Part shown: positions 19,701-28,606 of the stretch, piece after piece
How the letters are laid out: the number at the start of each line of letters is the position of its first letter
How positions within the stretch are numbered: position 1 is the first letter of the stretch
Assembly (NCBI GenBank): GCA_964549395.1
Contig: CAZJVY010000008.1
Location: 1,654 to 65,653 of the forward strand
Direction of reading: 5' to 3'
Length of the DNA: 64,000 nucleotides
Source of the DNA: an uncultured Armatimonadia bacterium
GTDB taxonomy: Bacteria > Armatimonadota > Zipacnadia > Zipacnadales > UBA11051
Program-made: the position numbers and the translations under genes
The notes under the pieces: model-generated
What the model saw: the letters and a program-made list of their open reading frames with translations, nothing else
What the model was told of the DNA's origin: nothing
Databases searched by the model: none

Positions 19701-20318
19701 GAGGGCGCGTCAGGGGTGACGGTGGGCACATTCGCTCATCTTGTCTTGGAGCTCATCGGCAGAGAGGGAGTCGGCGCGATTGATCAGGCACTTGCGGACG
19801 CACAGAGCTCGCCCGCTGTCGGCGGGCCGCTTGCCCAACGGCAGGTCGAGGAAGTCCGAAAATGGCTCGAGACCTATCTGAACACGACGACTTATGATAG
19901 AATTATCGGCACAGCCAAGTACCTGCGCTCGGAAGTGCCGGCGGCGTTCGTCCTCGATGGCGTGATGATCGAAGGCAAGATTGATGCTCTGGCCCAGACA
20001 ACTGAGGGCTGCATGCATGTACTTGATTATAAGACCGGCAGGCCGGAGGACGCAGAGCAGCTTGGCTATGAGTTCCAGATGGGGCTGTACTGCGAAGCGG
20101 TGCGCCGAGTTCACGGCCAGTTGCCGGTATCGGCAACACTGATCCACCTGAGTGCCGGTGTCACCAATGAGCTGCCGGTAGCTGATGTGGTCGAGCAGTC
20201 GCTGAGCGAGGCCAAGCAGATCATTCACGCCATCCGAGCAGGGCAGTTTGGACACCGATGCGGGCCGCCATGCCAGTATTGCGGCTATGGGCTTATGTGC
20301 GAGTACCGTTGCGGCTAG
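16701..20318 (+). CDS. addA: AddA-type UvrD-family helicase-nuclease subunit A
   Basis: UvrD motifs GAGTGKTT and VMVDEFQDTNDLQ. C-terminal PD-(D/E)XK VLDYKTG followed by the Cys-rich tail CGPPCQYCGYGLMCEYRCG. The ORF is open from 16626, but the TTG at 16701 overlapping the addB stop is the likely start. Confidence 0.75.
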   Translation: MNRRLPPDQSVRDQAVQLGRDVFLAAGAGTGKTTVLVGRYMAALEAGIRPHEIVAVTYTVKAAAEMRQRLREKCAESVAAGNPEEARRWRQTANELETAPISTIHGFCGSLLRDFAVEAGLDPHYSIIEERATWLLRRGIVRQTLLQRLTDGEESAVAVVAEYGRRNAEDLLDGILQGREHHVRRLEAPPSVEDLLAYWNQIRPMLVDECLRDVLDSGKVRAALNILETHPPHVASAKFAAERQAVMAEIERARSEADAMRRIAAARAAQAAAAVHKRGGRADDWGAEETFKAVKDALNVVKKQLGDFYGELDELEEADFSLAAENTVAFWREAAACSDAFQAAKAAQSLLDFTDLQLQIARLLQENAEVRKRCRQRYKQVMVDEFQDTNDLQRQIIWAVTGFDSQNAEREGPRLFVVGDAKQSIYGFRNADVAVFRRVRVDFRGGCDGVDELLLKASFRSTDSLTCFHNWLFSHDAVMGTGDKPDYAAQFEPVETQRAAREDGLAGEVLITNVRTGENADDEFSAERRREAEAANLAARLREMLDRGFTVTGEDGEPRPLAGKDIAILFRATTNINLYERALRRHGIDFHTVVGRGFWYRPEVSDLLNMIRVLDNFGDAIALAGVLRSPLFGFDDNELYRAAKAADTLYAGLCRQGEGEDGAERSMGVVEKAWWAWRKLQEFRSQSAALPLSVLLSRIVDETGYSAAMAAQFGGQRRVANIEKLIDVARGFEREGSYSLRDFVSYVETLREMDDREGEAPPEQTEGGAVQLLTVHQAKGLEWPVVVIPDFGRGPRSGGEALVTSTVYGICARVAEEDGGSTQCAIGRLIRQAEAHRQQAEEQRLLYVAATRARDYLIISAGVDPDKSGPHSGMCGWFGCLAEAAGWDAASIECDELGDGPWRMAVTVAPPGELPPMQAAGQSLAQRHKAAFLSGTPVGEYAVGVATRRRVAAIPVMTTDFARMPVTALAQYRRCPFSYCQRFVRDMPELDAGWGLGRLEEGASGVTVGTFAHLVLELIGREGVGAIDQALADAQSSPAVGGPLAQRQVEEVRKWLETYLNTTTYDRIIGTAKYLRSEVPAAFVLDGVMIEGKIDALAQTTEGCMHVLDYKTGRPEDAEQLGYEFQMGLYCEAVRRVHGQLPVSATLIHLSAGVTNELPVADVVEQSLSEAKQIIHAIRAGQFGHRCGPPCQYCGYGLMCEYRCG

Positions 20319-20418
20319 ATGAGCGTGGTAGGTATTCGGCCTAACGGTGGCGAATCTGAAGATGTGCGCAGATTCCGTGCAGTTCTCAGCATTATTCCGA
20401 CGACAGGAACAGGTGACA

Positions 20419-21408
20419 ATGGGACGCCTCTCGGCTCTAGCAGCCTGCACTGCATTATTGCCTATGATGTGCTCAGTCTTGGGCTGCCGGCATGCGCGAC
20501 AGGGCACAGACGCAGGTAACGTGAACGCGGCCGTCAAGGCCGAGTTAGTGGCTGAACTGAAGGCCAAGGGCAAGGAATTCCTGGATGCCGAGCAGTACAA
20601 CGACGCTTATGCGACCCTCAAACGCGCCTCGGGACTGGTCAAGGACGACTACGATGTGGCGTGGGGTATGGCTCAGGCCAGCGCCAGCCTGCGCAATGAC
20701 GTTGAGGCCCTCGACTGGGTGGACATGGCGCTGCGGGCGAAACCGGATTCGGCCGATGCGATGGAGTTGAGGGGGCGTCTGTACCTGCGGATGGGACGGA
20801 CCGATGACGGCATAGCTACTCTGAGACGGACGGTGAAGGAGCATCCCGAGCATACCCTGGCCTGGCTGAACCTATCGGCGGCATATAGGGTCGGCGGTGA
20901 CCGGCAGAAGGCACTGGAAGCGGCCAAGGCGGCCAGTAACAGCGATCCCAAGGATGCCACGCCACACCTGGCGATGGGCGATCTGTATGCGGAAGGCAAG
21001 CAGTTTGATGCCGCGGAGAAGCAGTACCGTCTGGCCATGCAGAAGAACCCTAAGGAGGCATGGGCTTACCTGCGCCTTGTAGATATTTATATTCGGCAGA
21101 AGAAGAACCTGGATCAGGCGCGCAAATGGGCCTTGCAGGCTGACCAGCTCGAGGCTGGCGATGGAACCGCCGCCTCGGCGGCAGCGTGGGTGCTGTTCCT
21201 GCAGGGCGAGAAGGCGGAGGCCGTGACGGAGATGGCAAAGGCGGCCGAAGACCATCCGCAAAACTACCATATCTGGATGCGGCTGGGCGTGATCCTGGAG
21301 GACATGGGCGAGAAGGAGAAGGCACAGAAGGCATACAAGACTGCGGCCCAGTTCGCTCCGCGGGCACGGGTGAAGAGGAACGATTCACAGAAAGGGCCCG
21401 GCCAATGA
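20419..21408 (+). CDS. TPR-repeat lipoprotein
   Basis: Start MGRLSALAACTALLPMMCSVLGC (lipobox). About seven TPR units (YNDAYATLKRA, AWLNLSAAYRVGGD, AWAYLRLVDIYIRQ, and others). Confidence 0.6.
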   Translation: MGRLSALAACTALLPMMCSVLGCRHARQGTDAGNVNAAVKAELVAELKAKGKEFLDAEQYNDAYATLKRASGLVKDDYDVAWGMAQASASLRNDVEALDWVDMALRAKPDSADAMELRGRLYLRMGRTDDGIATLRRTVKEHPEHTLAWLNLSAAYRVGGDRQKALEAAKAASNSDPKDATPHLAMGDLYAEGKQFDAAEKQYRLAMQKNPKEAWAYLRLVDIYIRQKKNLDQARKWALQADQLEAGDGTAASAAAWVLFLQGEKAEAVTEMAKAAEDHPQNYHIWMRLGVILEDMGEKEKAQKAYKTAAQFAPRARVKRNDSQKGPGQ

Positions 21409-22382
21409 CGTCGAGTATCAGGTACCTGAGCCGCGGCGATGTCGAGAGCCTCGGCATCTCCATGGCTGAGGTGATTGAGGTCGTTGAGGAGGGCTTTCGT
21501 CGGAAGGGCATGGGGGAGACCCAAATGCCCCCGAAGACTGCCATACACCCGCGGCCCGGCGAGACATTCCTGCACGCAATGCCGGCTTACGTGGGTGGAT
21601 TGGATACCGCGGCCATAAAGTGGGTGGGCGGCAACGATGAGAACCGCAGCCGCGGTCTTCCCAACATCTCTGGGCTGATCATTCTGAACGATCCCGAGAC
21701 CATGGTCCCTGTCTGCATCATGGACGCGAGTTGGGTCACGATGATGCGCACCGGAGCGGCAAATGCTGTCGCGATGAAGTACCTGGGACCGGAGCGTGCC
21801 GACAGCGTGGCTGTGATAGGCTGTGGCGTGCAGGGCCGCAGCAACGCTCTGGCAATGCACACGCAGTATCCCGGCCTCAGGGAGTTGCGGTGCTATGACC
21901 CGTCGGAGGTCGCACTGGAGCTGTTTGTGGAGGAGGCCGCCCAAGCCTACGACTTTGAGGTCATAGCTGTATCAGGGCCACAGGAAGCCGTGCAAGGTGC
22001 CGATGTGGTGGTGACCGCCGGGCCGAGCCCAAAGGAGCCGACCCCCTACCTGAAAGAGGAGTGGCTCAAGCCCGGAGCCATGGCGGCGCCGGTGGACTAC
22101 ATGGGCGCCTGGGAAGGCAAGCTGGCCGCGATGGTTGACAAGCTGATAACCGACGATCACGCCCAGATGGATTACTATCGCTCGAAGGGCTACTTCAAGG
22201 ACGTACCCAAGCCCTACGCCGATCTTGGCGAGATCGTGGCAGGTAAGAAACCCGGCCGTGAGAGCCCCGAAGAGCGCACCATGTCCATACTGATGGGAAT
22301 CGCCATTGATGACGCGGTAACGGCACAGCTCATTCACGCCAGGGCTGTAGCCGGGAATGTGGGCATGATGTTGCCGTCGTAG
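21405..22382 (+). CDS. Ornithine cyclodeaminase / mu-crystallin family protein
   Basis: MTSSIRYLSRGDVESL...; Rossmann motif VAVIGCGVQG. The ATGA overlap with the upstream TPR gene suggests translational coupling. Confidence 0.65.
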   Translation: MTSSIRYLSRGDVESLGISMAEVIEVVEEGFRRKGMGETQMPPKTAIHPRPGETFLHAMPAYVGGLDTAAIKWVGGNDENRSRGLPNISGLIILNDPETMVPVCIMDASWVTMMRTGAANAVAMKYLGPERADSVAVIGCGVQGRSNALAMHTQYPGLRELRCYDPSEVALELFVEEAAQAYDFEVIAVSGPQEAVQGADVVVTAGPSPKEPTPYLKEEWLKPGAMAAPVDYMGAWEGKLAAMVDKLITDDHAQMDYYRSKGYFKDVPKPYADLGEIVAGKKPGRESPEERTMSILMGIAIDDAVTAQLIHARAVAGNVGMMLPS

Positions 22383-22501
22383 TATGATGCAGGGCGGTGC
22401 ACGTGGCGTTGCGGCACAAGTGTGGACGGTGACATTGGCAGGCCGAGTCTGGCCCGAGTGGGATCGGACCATCTCATCGGTGCATGGGAGGTCATCATCA
22501 G

Positions 22502-23905
22502 ATGAGCGAGGACAGCGGCAAGCTGCAGGTCCTGGAGGCCGAGCTTGCGGAACGGGACGCGCAAATCGAGGCTGTGCGTACTATCAGCGCCGCGCTTAGT
22601 CAGGTGACGATGGTTGAGGAACTGGTGCAACGGGCTTTGGATGTCTCGCTTGAGTGCGTGGGCGCGGAAGCGGGCTCGGTCATCCTGTACGATCCGGACA
22701 AGAACAAGCTGGTCTTCAAGTATGTCGTGGGCGAGGCCGCGCCGACACTGACCGGAATGGAAATGGAGCCCGACCAGGGGCTTGCCGGTGCGGTATTCCA
22801 GAGCGGCCAGATAGACGTCAGTGAGGATGTCTTCTCCAGGAAAGAGCATTCCCGGAAAGTCGGCGAAGAGATCAACTACGTGACCAAGAACATGGTTACC
22901 GTGCCGCTCAAGAGCGCCGAGGGCAAGTCAACGGGGGTCATGCAGGTCCTTAACAAGACCGATGGGGTGTTCGAGCAGGCCGATGTCGCGATCCTCGATA
23001 TTCTGGCCTCACAGATCGCCGCCGCTCTTGAGACGGCAAGGCTCAATGAGGAGGCGCGGCTCGGAGAGATCGTGCGGTTCATTGGGAACCTGAGCCACGA
23101 TGTCAAGAACATGATGACACCGGTGCAGACCGGCGCCGAGACGTTGGAATTCATAGCTGACGACACGTGGACGGCGCTTGACGAGACGATTGCCGAATGG
23201 CCCGACAAACCCAAGCAGGTCCTGGCTGACCAGTTGACCAGCCTGCGCGAGCTGCTGCCGGAGATGACCGAGATGATCAAGAGCGGATGTGACGCGGTGC
23301 AGGTGCAAATGGCCGAGGTCTCAGCCGCGGTCAAAGGGATGGTCAGCGAGCCAAGCTTCCATGAAGAGGACATCAACACGGTTGTTGACATGGTCCTGCC
23401 GATGCTGAAGGTCATGGCCGAGAAGCAGCAGGTAACACTGGTCAAGGACGTGCATGAGGACATTGCGCCGGCAGTGATGGATGCCAAGCTGCTCTACAAC
23501 GCCGTGTATAATCTCATTAACAATGCTCTCGGCGCATGCCCCGAAGGTGCCACCATTACCACACATGCGCGCACTGTGTCGGAGGGGGACTTCCCGGACG
23601 GAGGCTATCTGGAGGTAGCAGTCGCCGATACCGGATCTGGCATGCCGGAGGAAGTGCGGCGCAAGCTGTTCACCGATGATGCGGTCAGCACCAAGGCAAT
23701 GGGTACAGGGCTGGGCACGCGCATCGTGAAGAATGCCGTGGATGCACATGGCGGCACGGTCTGGGTCGAAAGCGTCGAGGGCAAAGGCACCACGATTACG
23801 TTCAGGGTGCCAATTGCGGGCTCGCCGGAAGCGCAGGAGAGCATGAAGCAAGCGGCGGCCCGAGAAGCTGAAGAAGCGGCTGCAGAAGCTGACGACAACC
23901 AATAG
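22502..23905 (+). CDS. GAF-domain sensor histidine kinase
   Basis: GAF region (GSVILYDPDKNKLVFKYVVG), H-box IGNLSHDVKNMMTPV, and HATPase_c with N box NLINNALGA, G1 box DTGSGMP and G2 box GTGLGTRIV. Confidence 0.7.
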   Translation: MSEDSGKLQVLEAELAERDAQIEAVRTISAALSQVTMVEELVQRALDVSLECVGAEAGSVILYDPDKNKLVFKYVVGEAAPTLTGMEMEPDQGLAGAVFQSGQIDVSEDVFSRKEHSRKVGEEINYVTKNMVTVPLKSAEGKSTGVMQVLNKTDGVFEQADVAILDILASQIAAALETARLNEEARLGEIVRFIGNLSHDVKNMMTPVQTGAETLEFIADDTWTALDETIAEWPDKPKQVLADQLTSLRELLPEMTEMIKSGCDAVQVQMAEVSAAVKGMVSEPSFHEEDINTVVDMVLPMLKVMAEKQQVTLVKDVHEDIAPAVMDAKLLYNAVYNLINNALGACPEGATITTHARTVSEGDFPDGGYLEVAVADTGSGMPEEVRRKLFTDDAVSTKAMGTGLGTRIVKNAVDAHGGTVWVESVEGKGTTITFRVPIAGSPEAQESMKQAAAREAEEAAAEADDNQ

Positions 23906-23918
23906 GAGCAACGCCGGC

Positions 23919-25088
23919 ATGGAGTTTTCGTACCACAACCCCGCCAAGCTCATTTTCGGCGAGGGGAGCGTTTCCCGGCTCGGAGATTTCGCGAGCTCTC
24001 TGGGCGGACATGCGCTGCTGGTGACCGGCCGGTCGGCCATGGCGAAGGCAGGTTACCTCCAGAAGGCGACCGACCTGCTGAGGAGCGCAGGCCTGCAGGT
24101 AAGCCCGTTCAGTGAGATCCCACCCAACCCGACACTTGATGTGGTGGTGAGAGGCGGCGAGATTGCCAGACGCGCAGGCTGCGACATGGTAGTTGGTCTC
24201 GGCGGCGGCAGCGCGATGGATGGTGCAAAGGCGATTGCCGTTGCCGCCACGCATGACTGCCCAATGACGGACTTTCTCCTGCCCGACGAGACCGGGGCCA
24301 AGCGGCAACCCGGCGAGGCGACGCTGCCCATCATACTGGTTACATCTACCGCCGGCACCTCCTCCGAACTGACACCATTCGCCGTCATATCCTTACCGGA
24401 GACGTGCGAGAAGCCGGCCATGGCCAGCCCGCACATCTACGCGAAGGTGGCGATAGAAGACCCTGAGTTGACATACACCGCACCCCGGCACGTCACCGCC
24501 TCCACCGGTGTGGACGTATTCTGCCATGCCGCCGAGGGCTTCATATCGACGGTCTGTAACCCGATCACGGACGCTATGGCGCTGCGGGCGATGGAACTGG
24601 TCGTTGCGCATCTGCCGCAAGCCGTGAATGACGGGCATGACCGCGAGGCCCGCCGTGGGATGATGCTGGCTAACACGTTTGCCGGTTACGTGCTAGCTCA
24701 GGCCGGAGGCAACGTGATGCACGCTCTTGAACACCCCATGAGCGGCCACCATTCCGACCTTGCTCACGGGGCCGGGCTGGCGGCTGTGGTGGTGGCCTGG
24801 GCGGAGCTGATGTGGCGGCGCATGACGCAGAAGTTCGCAGCCGTCGCACGGACATTCGGAGTTAGTGAGCCGATTGATGAGGAAGCAGCCCCACAGGCAG
24901 CGGGCGCGCTGAAGCTGTTCCTGGGCAAAGTCGGCATGGATGTGAGGCTCCGCGAGCTGGGCATTGAGCGGAACATGCTTGATACCCTCGCCGATGATGC
25001 GATGCGGTATATGAATCACGCGGTCGCCAAGACGCCCGGCGGGGCGAGCCGTGAAGACCTGATGCAGATTCTGCAGGCGAGCTACTGA
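23919..25088 (+). CDS. Iron-containing alcohol dehydrogenase family protein
   Basis: GGGSAMDGAKAIA motif, His-rich metal site (HALEHPMSGHH), about 390 aa. Confidence 0.8.
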   Translation: MEFSYHNPAKLIFGEGSVSRLGDFASSLGGHALLVTGRSAMAKAGYLQKATDLLRSAGLQVSPFSEIPPNPTLDVVVRGGEIARRAGCDMVVGLGGGSAMDGAKAIAVAATHDCPMTDFLLPDETGAKRQPGEATLPIILVTSTAGTSSELTPFAVISLPETCEKPAMASPHIYAKVAIEDPELTYTAPRHVTASTGVDVFCHAAEGFISTVCNPITDAMALRAMELVVAHLPQAVNDGHDREARRGMMLANTFAGYVLAQAGGNVMHALEHPMSGHHSDLAHGAGLAAVVVAWAELMWRRMTQKFAAVARTFGVSEPIDEEAAPQAAGALKLFLGKVGMDVRLRELGIERNMLDTLADDAMRYMNHAVAKTPGGASREDLMQILQASY

Positions 25089-25099
25089 GGGCCTGATGG

Positions 25100-25930
25100 A
25101 TGGTGAGGCAGACGCATCTTCAGCGTCGTACGATCGCCAGGGAAGCAACCATCTCAGGCCTCGGCGTTCGTAGTGGCAAGCAGATTACGGTGCGGCTTCT
25201 GCCTGCGAACGGTGAAGCGGGAATCACGGTCACCCGCACAGACCTCGGCATGACGTGGCCCGTTGACTTGAACCATACGATGGCCGTGCCGAACTGCACC
25301 TGCATTGGGGATGAGCGCGGCTCAGTCGCCTTCGTGGAGCATCTGATGGCGGTGCTGTGGGCGGCGGGAATCACGGACATGCAGGTGCATGTTGACGGGC
25401 CGGAGATTCCGCTGCTGGACGGCAGCGCACTCCCGCTGTGGCGTGCAATCGAGGCGGCCGGGACGCGCAAGCTGGGGGAAACGTGCGATGTGATTATTCC
25501 GGTGGAGCCGATCCTCATTGTCGAGGACGACAAGGCGCTGATGGTGCTGCCCAGCGACCGGCCGCGTTTCTCGTACTCGCTTGTCCATCCACACCCGATG
25601 ATCGGGCACCAGTTCGCTGATTTCGATTCTGCGACCGACAGCTTTGCCGAGAGCATTGCTCCGGCGCGGACGTTCGCCACTGATGATGAATTGCAGTCGC
25701 TGAAGCAAACAGGGCTGATTGCCACCGGCGGCGAAGACAACTGCCTGGTCATCTACAGCGACCACTACTCGGCTCCTCTCTTTGCGGGTAATGCGTTCGC
25801 CCGGCATAAGCTGATGGACCTGTTGGGGGATTTGTATCTCCTGGGGCGGCCGCTGTGCGCGCATGTCCTGGCATATCGCACGGGCCATGCGGACAATCAG
25901 GCTCTGGCGCGCCGGATAGCCGGCGCCTAG
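25100..25930 (+). CDS. lpxC: UDP-3-O-acyl-N-acetylglucosamine deacetylase
   Basis: N-terminal TIAREATISGLGVRSG (consensus ISGIGLHSG), HKLMDLLGDL near the C-terminus, about 276 aa. Confidence 0.8.
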   Translation: MVRQTHLQRRTIAREATISGLGVRSGKQITVRLLPANGEAGITVTRTDLGMTWPVDLNHTMAVPNCTCIGDERGSVAFVEHLMAVLWAAGITDMQVHVDGPEIPLLDGSALPLWRAIEAAGTRKLGETCDVIIPVEPILIVEDDKALMVLPSDRPRFSYSLVHPHPMIGHQFADFDSATDSFAESIAPARTFATDDELQSLKQTGLIATGGEDNCLVIYSDHYSAPLFAGNAFARHKLMDLLGDLYLLGRPLCAHVLAYRTGHADNQALARRIAGA

Positions 25931-26009
25931 TGACAGCGTAACACGGACACACGGTGCGGCCCTTGCCAGCAACGGGCCGCGAATGAGCAATGACAGGGAG
26001 GTATTGCAG

Positions 26010-27272
26010 ATGTCAGAGGAACTTGCAGTCAACGGCGGCCCTAAGACGGCGACCGAACCGTTTCCGAGCACGGGTGTCGCCGCAGGCCGTGACCTGGGAG
26101 ATGAGGAGATCGCTCTGGTCACGGAGGTCATACGCAGCGGCAAGATGTTCCGCTACGGCGGCTGCATGGTGGAGCAGTTCGAGAAGGAATATGCCGAGTT
26201 TCTGGGTATCGAGCACGTTCTGGCGGTCACTTCCGGGACGGCGTCCTTGCACACCGCCGTGGCGGCCCTGGAACTGAATCCCGGAGATGAGATCATCACG
26301 ACTCCGGTGACGGACATGGGCACCTACATAGGCATTGTCCAGAGCTGCTGTATCCCTATCTTCGCCGATTGCGACCGGCTGACCCTCAACATGAGCCCCG
26401 AGGCGGTGGAGCAGCAGATCACAGAGCGGACGCGGGCGATACTGGCAGTCCACCTCTTCGGCCAGCCGTGCCGGATGGACGAGATTATGGACATTGCCCG
26501 CCGCCACGACCTGTATGTCATCGAGGACTGCGCGCAGGCGCACGGAGCTACCTATGATGGGCAGCCGGTGGGCACCTTCGGGGACATCGGTTGCTTCTCC
26601 CTCCAGCAGAGCAAGCAGATTACGGCCGGCGACGGCGGAATCGTGGCGACCAACAACGATGAGTTCTACGTGCGCGCCCGTGACTTCCATGACAAGTACT
26701 ACGACCGCACGGGACGATCATCCGACCGCAGCGCCGTAGCGCGGATCGGTATCAACTACCGCATGAACGAAGTCACGGGCGCCGTGGCTTTGGCACAGAC
26801 CCGCAAGCTGCCCGGCATCCTGGAGAGGCGCCGCAAATCGGCCTCACGCTTGGTGGAGCTGATTGAGGACATCGAGGGCGTCAATGCACCTTACATGTAC
26901 CCGAAAACCACGGCCCATTCGTGGTGGCGCTTTAGTTTCACCATAGACGAGGATGTCCTGGGTGTGGACAAGCCCACCTTCGCAAAGGCGATTCAGGCGG
27001 AGGGGATGCCGTTTGGTTTGGGGTATGTCGGGAACCTGATGGTGAGAACGAAGTGCATCGCCGAGCACATCGCTTACGGCGATTCAGAGTTCCCCTGGGA
27101 GGCGCCATACGGGCGCGACCCGGGCTACGACATTGAGGACTACCCCGGCGCCATCTGGGGCGATAGCGACCTTTTCACATCCGGCTGGACTGAAGGCCAC
27201 ACTATCGAGCACGCCGAGATCATCGCCAGGGGCCTGCGCAAGGTAGCGGACTACTACCGGAGCAGGAAGTAG
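26010..27272 (+). CDS. DegT/DnrJ/EryC1/StrS-family PLP-dependent sugar aminotransferase (GnnB-like)
   Basis: GDEIITTPVTDMGTYIGIV...FADCD and the PLP-Lys region FSLQQSKQITAGDGG. SD-like agggagg precedes the ATG at 26010. Confidence 0.7.
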   Translation: MSEELAVNGGPKTATEPFPSTGVAAGRDLGDEEIALVTEVIRSGKMFRYGGCMVEQFEKEYAEFLGIEHVLAVTSGTASLHTAVAALELNPGDEIITTPVTDMGTYIGIVQSCCIPIFADCDRLTLNMSPEAVEQQITERTRAILAVHLFGQPCRMDEIMDIARRHDLYVIEDCAQAHGATYDGQPVGTFGDIGCFSLQQSKQITAGDGGIVATNNDEFYVRARDFHDKYYDRTGRSSDRSAVARIGINYRMNEVTGAVALAQTRKLPGILERRRKSASRLVELIEDIEGVNAPYMYPKTTAHSWWRFSFTIDEDVLGVDKPTFAKAIQAEGMPFGLGYVGNLMVRTKCIAEHIAYGDSEFPWEAPYGRDPGYDIEDYPGAIWGDSDLFTSGWTEGHTIEHAEIIARGLRKVADYYRSRK

Positions 27273-27426
27273 GTTCTGCCATAGCTATCACACCATGCAG
27301 GCGGGGGTCGGTGAGCCTCCGCCTGTGTGTGTTCCCAGCACCAGCAGCAGGCATGGACGTCTCGACGGCGAAATCTTTTACGGTCTCAGCAACAGCCAGG
27401 ATGTCGAGTTCAGGGTGAGTAGGACG

Positions 27427-28575
27427 ATGAACGAGCGAATCGGCATAGGGATTGTGGGCTTCGGCTTCATCGGCAAGGTTCATACCTACAGCTACCAGAG
27501 CTTGCCGCTGTTCTTCGAGCCGTGCCCGTTGAAACCGGGGCTGGTCGGGGTCTGCACCAGTCGTCCCGAGACCGCGGAGAGGGCGGCAGAGCAGGGCCGC
27601 TTCGCCTTCGGTACCACGAATATTGATGATCTGCTGCAGCACGACGGGATTGACGTCATTGACATTTGCACCCCAAACCATCTGCACAAGGAACAGATTG
27701 TCGCCGCCCTGGAGGCCGGAAAGCACATTTACTGCGATAAGCCGCTAACGGTCACTCTTGCGGACGCTGAGGAGATTGTGGCGGCGGCACAAGCGCGGCC
27801 GGACCTGTGCCACGGCATGGCCTTCCACTGCCGCTTCATTCCGGCCACGATGCGTGCGAAGCAGATGATAGAGCAAGGCTTTCTGGGGCAGGTCTATCAC
27901 TTCCGCGCCACCTACTACCACGCGGGATACACGGACCCTTCGCGGCCGCTTTCATGGCGCTTGAGTAAGGAAGCCGGGGGCGGAGCGCTGAGCGATCTGG
28001 GCAGCCATATCATTGACATGATGCAGTACCTGCTGGGGGACGTGAGCAGACTTCGCAGCTCAATGGACACCTACATAAGGCAGCGGCCCGTCGCCAAGGG
28101 TTCCGCGCAGATGGCGCCGGTCGAGGTGGATGACTACGCGTGTCTGGAGGTCGAGATGGCGAGTGGCGGCCGCGGCTTCATCGAGGCATCGCGCTTCGCC
28201 ACCGGCACTCAAGACGGCTTCACATTCGAGATCTACGGTGAGAACGGCTCGCTGAAGTTCAATATGATGGACCCCAACTTCCTTTACGCCTACGACGCAC
28301 GCGATGCAGAGGGCGAACTCGGTGGAAACAGGGGCTACAAGCAGATAGAGTGCGTCCAGCGCTATCCCAAGCCGGCAGCCCTGCCGTCGCCGAAACTTCC
28401 CGTGGGCTGGATGCGTTTCCACATGCAGAGCATATTTGACTTTCTGCAGGCATTGAGCGAGGGGCGACTTGGAGTGGCTACTCTCTATGACGGAGCCAGG
28501 ACGCAAGCAGTGGATGAGGCCGTAAGGGAAAGCGCCCGCGATGGGGGATGGGTTGAGGTCGGCTATCCCGTCTGA
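27427..28575 (+). CDS. Gfo/Idh/MocA-family NAD(P)-dependent oxidoreductase (GnnA-like)
   Basis: IGIGIVGFGFIGKVH Rossmann start and the EKP equivalent CDKPLT. Typical about 380 aa. Confidence 0.7.
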   Translation: MNERIGIGIVGFGFIGKVHTYSYQSLPLFFEPCPLKPGLVGVCTSRPETAERAAEQGRFAFGTTNIDDLLQHDGIDVIDICTPNHLHKEQIVAALEAGKHIYCDKPLTVTLADAEEIVAAAQARPDLCHGMAFHCRFIPATMRAKQMIEQGFLGQVYHFRATYYHAGYTDPSRPLSWRLSKEAGGGALSDLGSHIIDMMQYLLGDVSRLRSSMDTYIRQRPVAKGSAQMAPVEVDDYACLEVEMASGGRGFIEASRFATGTQDGFTFEIYGENGSLKFNMMDPNFLYAYDARDAEGELGGNRGYKQIECVQRYPKPAALPSPKLPVGWMRFHMQSIFDFLQALSEGRLGVATLYDGARTQAVDEAVRESARDGGWVEVGYPV

Positions 28576-28606
28576 GCAGGACTGCAGTGGGACGGCGAGG
28601 CAAGCG

